Positions 37,331 through 51,850 of a stretch of 64,000 bases of DNA are shown here, piece by piece. The stretch lies in assembly GCA_030265395.1 (NCBI GenBank), contig JARFYF010000051.1, forward strand, positions 28,802,678-28,866,677, written 5' to 3'. The notes beneath the pieces were generated by a model. That model was not told where the DNA came from. It saw only the letters and a program-made list of their open reading frames with translations, and searched no databases. How positions within the stretch are numbered: the first letter of the stretch is position 1; each line of letters opens with the position of its first letter. The translations under genes and the position numbers were made by a program. This DNA comes from Rhina ancylostomus (lineage: Eukaryota).

Positions 37331-40300
37331 ATATTTGTTTTGTATGGAGAGGCCATATATTTGCTATTACTTTTATAAATTAAATAACCTTACAGTACTA
37401 TTGATGTGAGGGTTTTATGGTGATAATTCCTGTACAAAAAGAAACCATAATTNNNNNNNNNNNNNNNNNNNNNNNNNNNNNNNNNNNNNNNNNNNNNNNN
37501 NNNNNNNNNNNNNNNNNNNNNNNNNNNNNNNNNNNNNNNNNNNNNNNNNNNNNNNNNNNNNNNNNNNNNNNNNNNNNNNNNNNNNNNNNNNNNNNNNNNN
37601 NNNNNNNNNNNNNNNNNNNNNNNNNNNNNNNNNNNNNNNNNNNNNNNNNNNNNNNNNNNNNNNNNNNNNNNNNNNNNNNNNNNNNNNNNNNNNNNNNNNN
37701 NNNNNNNNNNNNNNNNNNNNNNNNNNNNNNNNNNNNNNNNNNNNNNNNNNNNNNNNNNNNNNNNNNNNNNNNNNNNNNNNNNNNNNNNNNNNNNNNNNNN
37801 NNNNNNNNNNNNNNNNNNNNNNNNNNNNNNNNNNNNNNNNNNNNNNNNNNNNNNNNNNNNNNNNNNNNNNNNNNNNNNNNNNNNNNNNNNNNNNNNNNNN
37901 NNNNNNNNNNNNNNNNNNNNNNNNNNNNNNNNNNNNNNNNNNNNNNCTGCAGCCCTCCCTCAGTCGGGCAGGTGCCACAAGAATCCAAATTGGGCCACCA
38001 GCAATTTAAAGTCAAGATGAGCAAATCTGAAAAGGCACCATGTGTTGCTTCAAGTCTCTAACGATACAAAATTACATAGGCAAGTGAGCTGTAATGACGA
38101 TACAGAGAACTTGGGAAATGGATAGAAAGAGGTGGTAGATAGAATATCATTTGGGGAAAAATGGATATCATTAACCTTGCAAGGAAGAACGTAAAAATAG
38201 TCAGTCTTGTTCCAATTTGTCCAAGAGTTTGAGACCACCCCTGGAATACTTTATGAACTTAAATTCAATTATATTTCAGATGTTTTAGGACAGGTCCCTT
38301 GATTCTGTTTACTCACTTTGACACCCTATTGATGGCTGTCTTCCAATTGCAATTGACCCAGCAAGCTCAGACTTTCAATGGAGAGAATTCCAGAATTCGG
38401 TTTCAGATGGTGCAGCTTATAATGCCCTGTTCAGGAAATGAGACCAGTTCCTTTAAATGAAATTACAGAAACCCATTCTGCTGCCAATAAACCAAAAGAA
38501 GCAAGCGGCAATCTGATGCATTTAAAATCAGGAAGGATTTTGATACGATGAATGGACAAAAACTATTTTCTCTTGTTAATAAGTTGATTGTGAGAAGGCA
38601 TAATTTAGGTGATGCTTGGGTATTTTGTTGCAGAAATACATTTTGTATAAAAATGCTGTTTGTTTTTGCTTATAGTGAGATTACAGAAATAAGGGTGTAA
38701 GCAAAGCCTATTAGTAGCTTTTAAAAGGAAAATAGATGCATGTTTGAGGAAGGAATAGAAAATGGATATTTTAAGCAATTAAAAGCAAGATATAAAATTA
38801 ATGTCTTTAATTAAAATTAGTCCATTTTTTTTATACTACCTTCTCCAAACTGTTATTTAGCACTCTTATTCTCTTCACTGGCTATTAGATGTGTGTTTAA
38901 TAATCTGGATACGTGAGGACTTAAGGGTGCTTGATTGCAGAAATAACTGTTCATGTAATCAAACCTCTTTGACCATATCCAGAGAGTCTGTCTGACACAG
39001 TGCTTTTGAAATATTTCAGTGAACTGTTCATCAAATGTATTGTGGCATTATAGCATTATTGATAACTTTAAAGCCGTTTTTCTTTCTTCCTCTGAGATTC
39101 TTGGCAAACTTACTGTACCAATCTCTCCAATATTCATTCCTCTTCCCTCACTCCCCACCCCCTTGCCCTTTTGGAGCCCCGTGGACTGGTAATGTTCCTT
39201 TTCATCTTTAAGGAGCAAATTCTTGATCCAATTGTCAGGGGCTGTTGCAGCTGGTGTAGTGACCACATTCGGGTGCTGTTTCTGTTGTTTGCATGTTAAC
39301 TGGTGGCGTTCTGAGCAAGATGCTAAACGAGGCCAGAGAATCAAGGGATTGTTCAAAGTTCAGTTTCTGCTTTCACCAGGTTATAAGGTGGCTTATGTTC
39401 CCAAATGCAGTTTTGGATGGAGGTGCCATATATTTGCCATTACTTTTATAACTTAAATTAAATAACCTTACAGTACTATTGATGTGAGGGTTTTATGGTG
39501 ATAATTCCTGTACAAAAAGAAACCATAATTCTGCCAGAGGTAGCAATTAAATCTAATGGCAACATTTTGGTTGAAGTAATTTGGACGAAGTGTGATCATC
39601 TCTTGGTTAGAATAAATCATTTAATTAAATGGTAGTTATAATTATTGTTGGTTTTAGAATATTCATGAATAGTAATACTTTTACTATGTAAAATTAAGAT
39701 ATGTTATGAAGATGCATTAGTCTTGCCCATTGCTCTTAATGAGCTAATTAAAGTTTCAGATATTAGCAGGGGATTTTCTTGAATTCCATAAAAGAAAATG
39801 CCTTTTAAAAAATCTTCATTCAGAAATGAATAGTACATTGAAATAGTTTACTTGCAAATTTTGCAACTTGTGTGAAAATAATTCACAAACAAGAAAACAA
39901 TAATGGACCTTTTTAAATTTTATCAACTAAGAATGGATAATTGAAATCAGAAGATTTCAGTACAATATGAAGTGTATTGAAATCTGAAGATTTATCCCTC
40001 TGGTCTCGTTAGTGTGGAGGTTTAGTATTGTGTTTTCTTGGTGCCATGGTTGTGTTGGCAGAGATATCCTAAAACCTCATTACAGATCGGAAACCATTTG
40101 TTTTATATACCTTGTTGTCTGTGGTTAAAGACCGTGAGCTGATGCTATTTGGATAATTTGTCTTCATCTCTGAGGTAAGAGAGGGAAAGAAACTAAATTA
40201 AACTAATTGGTCAAAATAGGAAAATAATCCTTCACAATTGCAGTTCAAAAGCTGCTTAAGTTGTCACTTTAGTAGTAGAAATCTTAGTATGTAATCACAC

Positions 40301-41889
40301 TGCATTCAATGTCCTGATGCAAAGTAAGTTTGTTTCGCATTAATGACAGAATCATTTTTTAAAAAATTGCATCTCTGAAGTATTGTTATCTTCAGATATC
40401 CCAAATCACTTGGTGTACAGACATGATGCTTGATGGTTGGTTGTGTTTGCAAATGGTAGTTTATTGATGGAAATAGAAGCATTTTAACNNNNNNNNNNNN
40501 NNNNNNNNNNNNNNNNNNNNNNNNNNNNNNNNNNNNNNNNNNNNNNNNNNNNNNNNNNNNNNNNNNNNNNNNNNNNNNNNNNNNNNNNNNNNNNNNNNNN
40601 NNNNNNNNNNNNNNNNNNNNNNNGTTTAAATCCCAGCTGTGCCTGTCAATTCGTTTTGCTCGCGCTCACTGGGTGAGATTTGCCAGTTCTCAGCAGGCCA
40701 CTGCACAGGCACAGCCCTCTGCCTCAAGAAGACAAACCATTACCAACTTTCAGCTGATTGGGAAGCTGCATCTGCAACTGCCAAAGTGAGAAATTCTATC
40801 TTCACGGCTCAAGGAAAATGCCACGTTGGTTAGCAGTAACAATACTCAAGGGGGAATAAAATGAGGATTCCAAGAGGAAGGTTGTGACAAAATCCATGAT
40901 CAGTACAAATAACTAACCTTTCCTTTTGGAAGGACAGGGTTTAAAGCTCAAATCAGCCCAAGGAATAGAAGTCTTGGCAACACCAAAAGGAGAATTGAAA
41001 TTCCAATTGATATGTTTACCTCCAGCATACTCTAAGTGGATTATCTACATGCGAGTGTGAGACATTGAGGAAATGAAACAACTTTCTCAACGTGTCTGCC
41101 GGTCCCTCGATGGTGACTCGCTGTGGCAGTTATTGGTGGCAATGGGTGACAGCAAATGAAAGCAATCCAAATGACAAATCTCAAAAGGGGTTAAGAAACT
41201 ATAATGCACTCTGGAGTCATTGCAATGAATTTTTATTGACTGCTCAAACTTACCTTCTCTGGCCTCCAATTTATTTCTGAATCCTTTGAGCCAGTTACTT
41301 GTAAAAGGATGTATAGAGCCGGAACCATATCAAAACTCATCTCATTGCAACCTAGCAGAACTCTCCAAGCCAATTATTATTTTATGTATTGTTAAAATTT
41401 GAGTTTATCAGTTACTAAAAGTTATCCATCACATTGTTAAAATGATTGCATCACTTCAGGTTCAAAGAGATCAATCATTTTAGAGCTATTTATATTGAAA
41501 AGTTAAGCTCCCTTGTACCATAAGAACACACATCATTGCTGTAGTATTAATTGTGCTATGAAAAAAAATGTCCAGTTCCTTGTGCATTCTTTGCCTCCTA
41601 TGAAAACACATATTGCATATTTCTTAGTAACTAATTTCAAGGTGTATAAATGGACTAACTCATGGAAATCGTGTTAGCTTTTTTAAGCACTAGATAAACA
41701 ATTGATGAAACTTTGTTTCTTAGGTCATTTTACTTTAGTTTTCATTGTGTTTAAATGTGTGGAGCTAACTTTGCATTTGAAGGTAATTTATTGTAACAGT
41801 GAAATGATTTGTTTGGAAAAATATACTGTATGAGTCACACTTGCATATCACTTCCAACTGATTTGTTAAAAATAGTTTCACCCTGTCAT

Positions 41890-42240
41890 TCGGTGGTTAA
41901 ATGGTGCATTGTGAAGAAAATCCAGGGTTAGCTTTAGCTGTGTGCTCATTTAGCTGCTGGTGTCATCAGGGGAAGATGCACTATAATTAGCCATAATGTG
42001 CTCAGGAAAGTGAAGAAGAATTTTGGCTAAAGTTCCCTCTCCTGGTTGATATCAAATAACTCCCACTGGAAAGTTACGTTTACAGACATTGAGAAAAAGA
42101 TTAGGAACAACTGTGTTGGGTCTGCACAGTCAAATTATCTTCCTAATTCAATATTTGAGCTTCAGCCACTCGGTTGAATGAGGTATTGGTGGGGCAGACG
42201 ATACCTCAAACCTCTCAAGCTAGTGTCTTTGAGAAGAAAG
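41890..42240 (+). mobile_element. old elasmobranch SINE-like repeat (related copies near 42620-42910, 52040-52260 and, inverted, 61050-61350)
   Basis: Shared blocks ataattag/ggtgtcagtg, agagaagaaa..gttcc.ctcctg, cc.actggaaagt recur across copies. Confidence 0.5.
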
Positions 42241-42959
42241 GGAAGCACAGAAGAGAAAATTTGTACAAAAGTTATTTCTAGTCATTGTTTTTAGTTTCAT
42301 TTGCATATGTCCTTGCGTTCTCGTTGTTTATGAAATTGTTCTTGTGATTAATTCACAATACCAACTTTATCAGCCTTCGGTGTAATGGAGGAAAGCTTTA
42401 TACAAGTCCTCTTGCAGTGAAGGCTCCATTGTAGATTGACAATTACACACATCATTTCAGATATTTTTGTTTAATAATAGATTTTTTCCCATCTTTGCTT
42501 CTACTGTCCTAAATTACTGGAAGCAAATGAAGCTTAAAACTGGAGAAATAAGGATTCAAATATGTGAGTAATAATAAATATGATGGAATAATTCCTTCAA
42601 TGGCTTTTGAGTTTACTCAACAAGCTTTATGGGCTAGGAAGATGCCAAGTTCAATCTAGTGTGTGATTTTTATCTCAGACCCAGAAGCAATTGAGGTGTG
42701 ATAATTGGTGTCAGTGCCCTTGAGTTAGAGAGAAGAAAGTCTGTCACGGTTTCCACCCTAGCTGGGATACTCCTGTATTTAATCACAGTGAGCCTTGCAT
42801 TTAAAAATGCTCACGTGGGAACTGCTTGAGGAGAGACCATTGTCCATGAATCTGTAATTTATCAAGAAATCAATGCCTCAGGAAGATAAGCTGGCATGGA
42901 TGAGAGAAAGTAACTGCAGTAAATATTTCTGCATTGTCGTGGGCATGATGCAATATGTG

Positions 42960-43345
42960 TACTCGTAGCTCCAGGTCCAATAGCACCCAGATCTCAGCAT
43001 TTCAACCGTGTTTTCACATTTGTTCATTACATCTGCTCTTTGTAGCTCTTTAACTTCCTGCAACCCTTCAAGATCTCTCAGCTCATCTAGTTCCGATCTC
43101 CTGAATTTAATTTCCCCACCATTAATAGACATCTCTTCAATTGTCTAGACCCCAGTCTTGGAATTCCCTTTCTAAATCCCTCTGCTGCTGTGTCCTCTTG
43201 CTGTCTTAAACGCCCTTGAATGAAGTTCTTTGATCTAGCTAAAGCCTTCTGGCATAGCTTGGCGTTAGAATTTGTCTGAAAGTGCTTCTGTGCAGTGCTT
43301 GAAACATTTTATTATGTTATAAACACCATTATTGTAAGTTGCTGT
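42960..43345 (+). mobile_element. L2 LINE 3' end
   Basis: cttggaattccctttctaaatccctctgc...ctgtgcagtgcttgaaacattttattatgttataaacaccattattgtaagttgctgt. Confidence 0.6.
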
Positions 43346-43609
43346 GTAATGGTATATTTTGTGCATTTTCTTTTATGTTATCCCATCAATGGTACATAAT
43401 GTACTCTGAAACAAAACTGGAAAAATTCAATTTTTTTCCCAACCTTCAATACAGTAATTAAATCTGCAGACCATTGCTCTACAGTCTTGTTTTTAATGAT
43501 GTATTTTCCCCCACTTCCTGTCTCTGTGTGTGTGTGTCTCTCTCTCCGGTCAGAATATTGTGCAGGGATAGAAGGCTTGTCCCTTTTGATTGTCATGGGT
43601 TGACACTGC

Positions 43610-43925
43610 AAGAGAGCATAGTGGCTAAATTGCTGGACTTGGACCATCAGCCATGAGTGTGAATCCCATCACAACAGCTGAAGAATTTAAATTCAAATAA
43701 TTAAATAAATTTAAATAAAAATCTAGTGCTAGTCATAGTGAATCTGATAGTCGTTATAATCTCATCAGGCTCACTAATGATCTTCGTGGAGGGAAAACTG
43801 CCAACGTTACTCAGTCTGACTTGAATGTTACTCCAAAAACACCAATTTAGTTGACCCCTAACTGCCTCCTCACAGTCAATTGGGCATGTACAAGAATAAA
43901 ATAAATTGCAGGCAGTTATTGATAG
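43610..43925 (+). mobile_element. tRNA-derived SINE
   Basis: A-box-like (agcatagtggct) and B-box-like (gagtgtgaatcccatcac) head; body ggctcactaatgatcttcgtggagggaaaactgcc. Confidence 0.65.
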
Positions 43926-44429
43926 AAAAAAGCATCGAATTTGTAAAAGTACTTGGTCGTTAAACATTACAGTCCAGAAATCAGCACTGAGGTAAAGTGG
44001 CACTTGGTTTGTGTGTCAGTATGTATCAGGATGCTTTGGGAATTGTAACCTTGCGTTAGTTGTGGAAAGAGTGTGGCAGCCAGTGTGACAATCCAGCCTT
44101 GGAGCCAAGTGGACATCAAAGCCCTTCATTTTATAAAGACTTTAGTCAGTGCATATACGGTTTAATCAATGTTTTGTAATTCAGCGATCTATTTAATTCA
44201 ATGCTCTAAGTAATGCCAGTTATATTCTCTAAAAATGGTAATTTCTATGCGATTTGTTTATTTGTGGGAAGAATAGGAGTCTCGCTTATTATTTACATAA
44301 AGGGCAAGTGTCAGTTTTACATGGATTTTCATACAATGACGTGCCATCAGTAAACAAGGACAGTGCAATTCCCGGTCTCTCACACTAGTTGAGAATATAG
44401 TTGTTCAGTTGCACATATTTTTAATTCTT

Positions 44430-44745
44430 TACAGCATAGAAGAAGGCCACTCAGCCCATCATGTCTCTGTCAGCTCTGAATGCTCCCATTTCCCCTTATT
44501 TCCCTCTCTTCTCTCACATATGCCTATTAACGCCCCTTTAATTCTCCCACCATCCACCTACACTAAGGTTGACCTCTAGTACTCAAAAACCTTACAACCA
44601 TCATATCTTTGGTATGTGTGTGGAAATTAGAGCATGGAGACCCACGTGGTCACAGGGAGACCATGAAACTTCACACAGATGGTACATGAGTCAGCATTGA
44701 GCCCAGGCTGCTGGAGTAGTGATTCAACTGCACTGGCACTCCACC
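44430..44745 (-). mobile_element. HE1/V-SINE copy, old
   Basis: acccacgtggtcacagggagaccatgaaacttcacacaga (V domain, reverse) and CR1-type tail gaaggccactcagcccatc. Confidence 0.8.
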
Positions 44746-47199
44746 AGAAGAAATTAGATACCAGGCTTGACTTCTTCACAAGGGGCTAAAAATCAGATTA
44801 GTCGAGAGGAAAATGCTAAAGATTACTTCTGTTTGTGACCCTATTTGTACAAACGACTCCTACCACACAAGAACTCGTGATATTTTGATATGGGCAACAG
44901 CAAAGTTTCTGGCAGTGGATTAGGAAGACTTTGTAGCGACTGCCAATAGAAGGGCTCCAGATTTTAAGTGCCTGCTGGAGGCTGTCCGTTTTTCTGATGT
45001 TTACAGGAGGACAGAGATCACTGCAATCCAATAGACCATGATAATTGTGCCAGGTTAGAGGTCTTGAACTTTTCCACATTTCCGCTCATTTCCCCATTTG
45101 GCCAAAGGATGAGCTGGCACAGTGGAGACTTTAATCATCATTGTCTACCTTCCCTAAGAGATGGCCTGAGATATGAGAAGGGGTCCATGTTTCCTGAGGC
45201 CTTATTTTAGGTCTTGGTCATTGAAGGGGGTTGTTGGTTAATGGGGGCAGGTTGGCTGAAGGTCTTTTTAGATGGATGTTCAGTACAAGGACCATTCTCT
45301 CGTGCTTGCGAGTCAGTTTGGCCTCTGAATGTGTGCATGCACCAGTGTCTGCACGTAGTGTTTCGCTGGCTGAAATTGGGGTGACCCTGACCATGGCAGC
45401 CTAAGTGGCCAGCCATAGCCATGAAGTCACTCCAGTAATGAAGTATGTCAGCAGTGTCTCTACTGAGGCACTTGTTACGTAAATATGTCAGCAGCTCAAA
45501 TTCTGGAGAAAACATTTGTTATTTGTTTCAACACACTCTGTATACTTCAGTCAGTTCTGAAGCTGCCCATTCAGGTGGTGTCATTGGCTGTGAATCTGCT
45601 GACTGGAACTGGTCACCGTAATGAATCAGGATTGAATGTATGTGGTTCAGTCATCTGAAGAAAGCACAATCTATTCCAGGCAAAACTTCTTGTTGAAAGT
45701 AGCACCTATAATCAGATATGAATTGATCCAATTTCTAGGCTCCTGTGTGAGAACATACAGAAAGTTTGCAGAGTTAACAGATTTTTACTGAATATGTTGA
45801 CTGTTTACTGCTAACTCTGCACATTGTTAATAGATATTAAATAAGATTCTATTGATGGATAACAATATTTCTGAAGGCCAAGCATCAGTCTAAATGAAAT
45901 ATGATTTATAAATACCATTTATACAGTTTCTTTGTGGCATGAATACAATTCTAATGACCCTACATAAGACTTTGGAGTTAATGTGAACATTTAATCGAGA
46001 AGTATTATTAGTTGAAATTAATTATTATACACATTAATTCATAGTGGAAACAAGACAAATTTATGAACAACAAGCCATGCTTTGACCACTGCTGCCTATT
46101 CAGAATTCAAATGTGATTTTAGTTTTTGTTGATATGGATAACGAAGAACACTTGTTACTCTGTGGTCCTCTTCCCAATCTAATTTGAGTGGAAAAATTCT
46201 CAGCTGATGACTGTTCTGTCACATGTGTGATTAAAAGTAAGGATAATGTGGATTTGGATATCCGTAAAATCCATTGTTAAATGCAAAAGAATTTCCTCCT
46301 TGAGGCACTGGGTGAGTTGTATGTCATGGAACCTGCCTACACCTTGTATGAAAATATCTCATATTCTGTCTAATATCACTTGTGTAAATTTACTTGATTT
46401 GGGTTTGCAGGCTGAACATGGTGATTTTAAAAATGCAATTTAGTAACATTTCTGAATGCTACATTCTTCACAGTATGACATTTGTATTGCTCAATAAATC
46501 AGGTCGGTGTTGATTTTGCTTTTGGTGATACCTTGCAGTGTGTTTTTTTTTGCTGTTAATATGGTTTAGTGTACTTGTTTATTTAAATGGTGTGAGAATA
46601 TGGATACAGTGCTCTAACTATTCCTTTTAAACATCACAGTTTCTTGCTTTCCTCTTATTATGTAATGAGCTTAAATTTGTCAGCTGTATAATTAAAAATC
46701 TGGATGACTACCAATGTGGTCATTCAATTTGCACCTTTCTGATACTTTCCGTGAAGTACATTCTTTTTTTAAAAAAAAGATGCTTAGCCTTTTCACCAGT
46801 CTTGCACAGCTGCAGAAGTGGTGAAGGTCGGAAGCTAAGGAATTAAATCTTCATTTATAGGTATGCTTTCTGCCGTCTTCATCCAGAAATGCTGCAGAGA
46901 ACTGTCAGAAACTGACTCGAGCTCCATTCTGTGCTGCAATTGGCATTTAAGTCTAAAAAGGATAGATGAGAGCTCTCTGCCCAGTCGATTTCTTTTCTTT
47001 TTAGAATTGCACCTCGTCGTCTTATGATGGCACATTAGGAGGAAGTATAATTATTCTGGCAGCTAATTCCATAACCATGCTGCAGTTCATCAATCTGATT
47101 GGATCTCTCCCACTGCAAGGTCATTTAGTAGTTTTAAGAATATCTTTTCTCCACTCTTCATTCTGTGAGAATTCTAATTTGTATCCCTGAACCTTTCAG

Positions 47200-47307
47200 G
47201 TATTGAAGATCAACCTTCTGGGTCACAGAAAACGAATCTTGGCATCACTTGGAGACAGACTTCACGACGAGCCTCCTCAGAAGCCTCCACGAACCATTAC
47301 TCTGAGG
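47200..47307 (+). CDS. ANKS1B: ANKS1B coding exon, end of SAM2 with HRKR basic/NLS motif ([36 protein letters not shown])
   Basis: ctttcag|GTA acceptor; 108 nt open; AGG|gtaagc donor; continues the previous exon in frame. Not in the ORF track; translated by hand. Confidence 0.96.
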
Positions 47308-50300
47308 GTAAGCTGTGTTCGTGCAGTGTTGAATTAATACTGTTACTCACGTGAAATATAGCTCGGTATGATTTTAATTAAAATCTTAGCCCAGCCTTCA
47401 GCATTGGCATGTGTCATTATTAGCTGCTTGCTTCGGTAATCTTTCTTGCTTCATGACCACCACCAATGTTCTTTGTTTTGTATGTGAGAATATTCCCTGA
47501 AGATCTTCCAAGCAATATTGTGAAATTAAGAGGTGGAAAAACTCCATTTCAGGTTTTTATTATTGTGACCTTTTGTTCAAATCCAGCCTGAAAAATCTAT
47601 CAAATCTTTCAGTGGATGTTAAAGAAAGAAAAATCAATAACTATTCTCATTAAAAAGTAAACTCTATTTACCACAAACGTCAAAGCCTTTCAGCTATGGT
47701 CCTGGGATTCAGATAGTCACCGAGTCAGTCTTAGCTTTAGTGTGCACCACATTTTAACCCTTCATCAACAGCACTTACATAATTACAAATCTTTTTAACA
47801 TTTATTAAATGATGTTTGCAATCTTTCAAGACATTTTAAAATTATTTAAGCTATTTGGTTCATTTTCTTAATTTTTAAAATTATTCACAGTTCATCCCGC
47901 TATGCTCTTTGTATTCAATCACTTTTTTTAGTTGATTTTATGGAGCAGAACGCACTAAAATCCTGCACAATACTAAAGGAAATCCTTAGTGAGCAGTTAA
48001 TTATACAGCCATGAAAATTCTAAGGAAGGTTTTGTGCAGACAGTATTGAACTACTAACGCATCTGCATAGTTTAAAGAATCTGGTGTATTAAGATCCCAC
48101 CCAGATCTTTCTGCCTGCTTTCAGTGGAAACAACACTTCACTGTAATTTTGTTTTGTACACCAGGCTTGTATCTTGGTCTGTTTGATTGTTTTATTTTAA
48201 TGCCTTCAGCCTAAAATGTCTTTGAAGCAATCATGGAAAGATCTTTCACAGTTGTGCTCACAGTAAAGAAAGAGAAGCACTTCCAAATAGTTGTGTATTT
48301 TTCAAATAATTCAATGTTCAGTTGAAAAGGAAATTGTGCACATGTTGGGTGTACAAGGACATAGAATATGGGAGAAGGGATTCAAGGCATATTTGAGTTA
48401 TTGCAAAAGGTTTTACATTAAACTCTTAAGTCAGATTTTAATACATATTTTAGAATATGATTTTTACCATAATTTTTGTTCATTTCTCAAACCAAAATGT
48501 CTGTTTTTAAAGCTCTGTTATATCATAGTTGGCGTTATTTTACATGTTGAAAACAGGAGCTCAAAATCCAAATGCGAGAAATCTTAAAAGTGGAGTGTTG
48601 GAATTATTTATCTTCCAGTTTCCAGTTCTAATAAATGGTTTACTTTGGAAACATTAGCCCATCTTTTCTTTCTTCAGGTGTTACTGTGTATTTCTACCAT
48701 TTTACTTTGCTTTAAATTGAATTCTGTCATTTTCTTTTTTAAAAAAAAGCAGAAATAATAACTGTTTCCAGGCCAATATTTGGGGATTCATAGAAATGTA
48801 TCCACAGATCTGTGTAACTTACATGGAACTGTTTGTGCATTCAGATCCGCTTCCCACTTTTGGAAGCAAATGGTGTTAATTCTCGTGCAAACCATTAGGT
48901 GAAGCAGTATGCTGTGATAGGACCCTCCATCTTGGAAGGAGGGAACAACTGATGAGTGGTGGAAGCAGTAGCCACTCATACTAGGTGCTATTCAGATTGG
49001 ATCTCTTTTTATATCAATAGGTCAGTTGTCCTGAATCCCGCAATGCCATCTTGCAAGATGATGTATATATCGTATCTTGGATGGTAAGTCACCTCTGAAG
49101 TAAGCTGGACAACGTGGAAATGAGGCCTTCTCCCCACAATAAAGTGCACGTATGCTTCCGAATTTTTGGATACCTGCCTTCACCGCAGGATGTAATTACT
49201 TCTACGCCATGCTTTTCCCAAGAAACATTAAACTCGAAACTCTAGTGAGGGGCAGATGTCGGTCTTTGTACCTCCCTATCTTGAAAGGGGTTGTCCAACT
49301 TTTGTCACATGTTTATGTCATCCTGAAAATGAAATTTCATTTCATATGTTTATTATAGGAAATACTGTGAAAGCCATTGTTTTAACAAACAGTTTCAAAT
49401 CCCTGAGACCACTAATTGTGATTAAAAGCAATTTTTTTGTTGTTGTGTGTATTCCTTTCTCTGCTACACAATGATCATCTGCCAACAGAAAGTGAGCACG
49501 ACTTTTCAAGTAACAGAAGACTGACTGTGAATTCCAAGTGCAGTTCCTTTTCAGAGGAACTCTTTTTGTGTTTATAGTTATTGCATGTCTGGACCGTCTG
49601 CAGCTTGTAATATGCAAAGGCTAATGTGGCAAATACAAATGGCCTAACTGCTAAGACTTTAGAGCTGTTCTCACGTCAGATAAACACCCTGCTCCCTCTC
49701 CACCCCGACCCTGTTTTTTAAAAAAAAATGTACCTAATATTGTTGTCCTTGGGTTGGTGATGTTTTTGCATAATGTCTGTCACTGAATTCATTTCAGATG
49801 GCCTCAGGGTGCAAAGGGAAACGTAGATAATTGAAGATGCATAACCCTAAAAATATTGAAGAGTGAATATTGAAAAGTGCCATTTGAATTGTTTCTAGAT
49901 ATTTGGCCCTGGGAAACAGTTAATAAATCAACATTTCTACTGGAGCTTTCATTCAGATCATACTGATTTCATACTTTTTGTCATGATTTTTTTTTTTGAC
50001 ACCGCACTTAATAATAACCCAGTTGTAAGTAAATGTTTTAATTAGTAATTTGGTTAATATCATAGCAAATAATACTTCAGATTTTCAATAACTTACAATG
50101 CCAGATCAGTGGAGGAGAACATGCCCTGTGCTGCGTTACTTCTCTTTGGTTGAACTGACCAGATGTGACTGGAGTAGTCTAATTCCAGAAATATAATGCT
50201 GTAAATATTTGTGCTGTTTCTGACTTCGTAACCAGTTGGAAAGATACGCAAGAGTTAGTGAAAGGATTAAGCTGCATTATTTGAGTGAGAGGCTCATATA

Positions 50301-51554
50301 AGAAAAAATTGACATAGTTCATGGTAAAAGACAAGTAAATTTTGCCCTCATTTATTTTCTGCCCTTCTCTGTCATTATCTGACTGCACAAAGACTTGGTC
50401 CAATCCTGCTTCTCCATGCCAATCGTATAGTATCAGGTCTGTCACGATGTTTTCCAAATGCCTGCCTGACTTCAAGTCCTGGATGAACCATAACCTTCCC
50501 AAGCTCAGTAGGAGCCAAGAATGACACAATCCTGATCGACCCCTGGTAGGGTGTCCGTGCCTCTGATTCTGGTTCAGTCTTCTTTCGGCTATTTCCTACT
50601 GTTTATACGATGTTAGTTCCTAAACTAGATGTCGAGGTCCACATCCAGTTTGTCATAGAGACTGCTTCCTTTATTTGGCTGGCCTAATTCCCATACTACC
50701 ATCATCAAAGCCCATTACTTTCTAAAAGGATTACTCCAACAAACTTTTTTCATTCAGATCTTAGAAGTTTCACACTAGTGGATGTAAACTAGAACTCATA
50801 AGTCTACTCTAGTATCCAGAGCCACATTTATACCATTTGTTTTCTTAACGAGTTTCAATCTATTTTTTCCCTCCAACAACATTGACATCAAAGTACGTGC
50901 CTTCCTTTTCAAAAGTCTTCAGGGTTTTGCTGTTTTCACCTTTTGAAAATCTACAGCCCCATTTTCCAACAGATATACCCACAATGTTCCTAGCTCTGCA
51001 CACTACCTGTGGAGAGCAGAACTCATTTCCCAAACTCTTTAAGTTACTACCTCTCTTTCACATCTTCAAAAGACTCCATCGAAACCTGGCACTTGGAACT
51101 TGCTGTTTGTTTGGGTCATCAAAGGTTTCCTTTAAGGCCCTTTGGGAAAACAGTGAGTTAACCTGCTGTTTTAATTTGTGCAGCATCTTCTTTCCTTATG
51201 ACATTCTGTGGTACTTGACAACCATTGGATGAGCTATTAATTACTGAAATGAATCCTTTTTGTTTTGTCTGGCGTCTTTTGGGTAGTGGTAGAGAGAGCT
51301 AAATAAAAATGGGCATTTTGCAAGTATAAATTTGCAAGATATAACAATCTTCATTCAAAAAATAAATACATGCACAATCCCATCAAAGAACAAAATATTG
51401 GTGTAAAATTCAAATTATCCATCAAAGGTTCATGGGACCTGATTAAACTGTAGCTAACCTTTTTGACACATTATGCTTTGTATTTCAACAAGTTCTCTAG
51501 GTTCTCCGCATTGAACTGAAAGAACGTGGGCAAATATTTGATATATCACTATTT

Positions 51555-51850
51555 ATAGAATCATTCAGTTACCAACATGGAAAAAGTCCTTTAGCCCACC
51601 AAGTCTACATTGACTATCAAGCACCCACTCTCCCCTCATCCCCTTATCTACCAGTATCTACCACTCCCCTATACACCAGGAGCATTTTAAAGTGGCTTCT
51701 TAACCTACCAATCTGCACGTCTTGTGGTGTGGGCATACAGAACTTGTAGGAAGAATATGCAAACTCTACACAAACAGCACCGGAGGTTAGGATTGACTTG
51801 GGTCACTGGAGCTGTGTGGCAGCAGCTTTAGCAGCTGCACCACCCCACCA
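51555..51850 (-). mobile_element. HE1/V-SINE copy, old
   Basis: gaagaatatgcaaactctacacaaacagcaccggaggttaggattga...ctggagctgtgtggcagcagc...ctgcaccacc. Confidence 0.8.

Noticed and set aside
16367-38061. Long ORFs containing X runs (e.g. 16367-16798, 17550-18014, 37398-38061; also near 3000-3330, 5168-5685, 53554-53855, 54515-54752)
   Set aside because: They are open only because they cross assembly N-gaps.
40086-40180. Splice-like pair attacag| ... GAG|gtaaga (and a lone TGG|gtgagt near 46311)
   Set aside because: No coding similarity, no CpG or promoter context; expected by chance in a 22-kb intron.
49044-49085. Small hairpin/palindrome gccatcttgcaagatg...atcttggatggt as a pre-miRNA
   Set aside because: About 40 nt, too short, and there is no other support.
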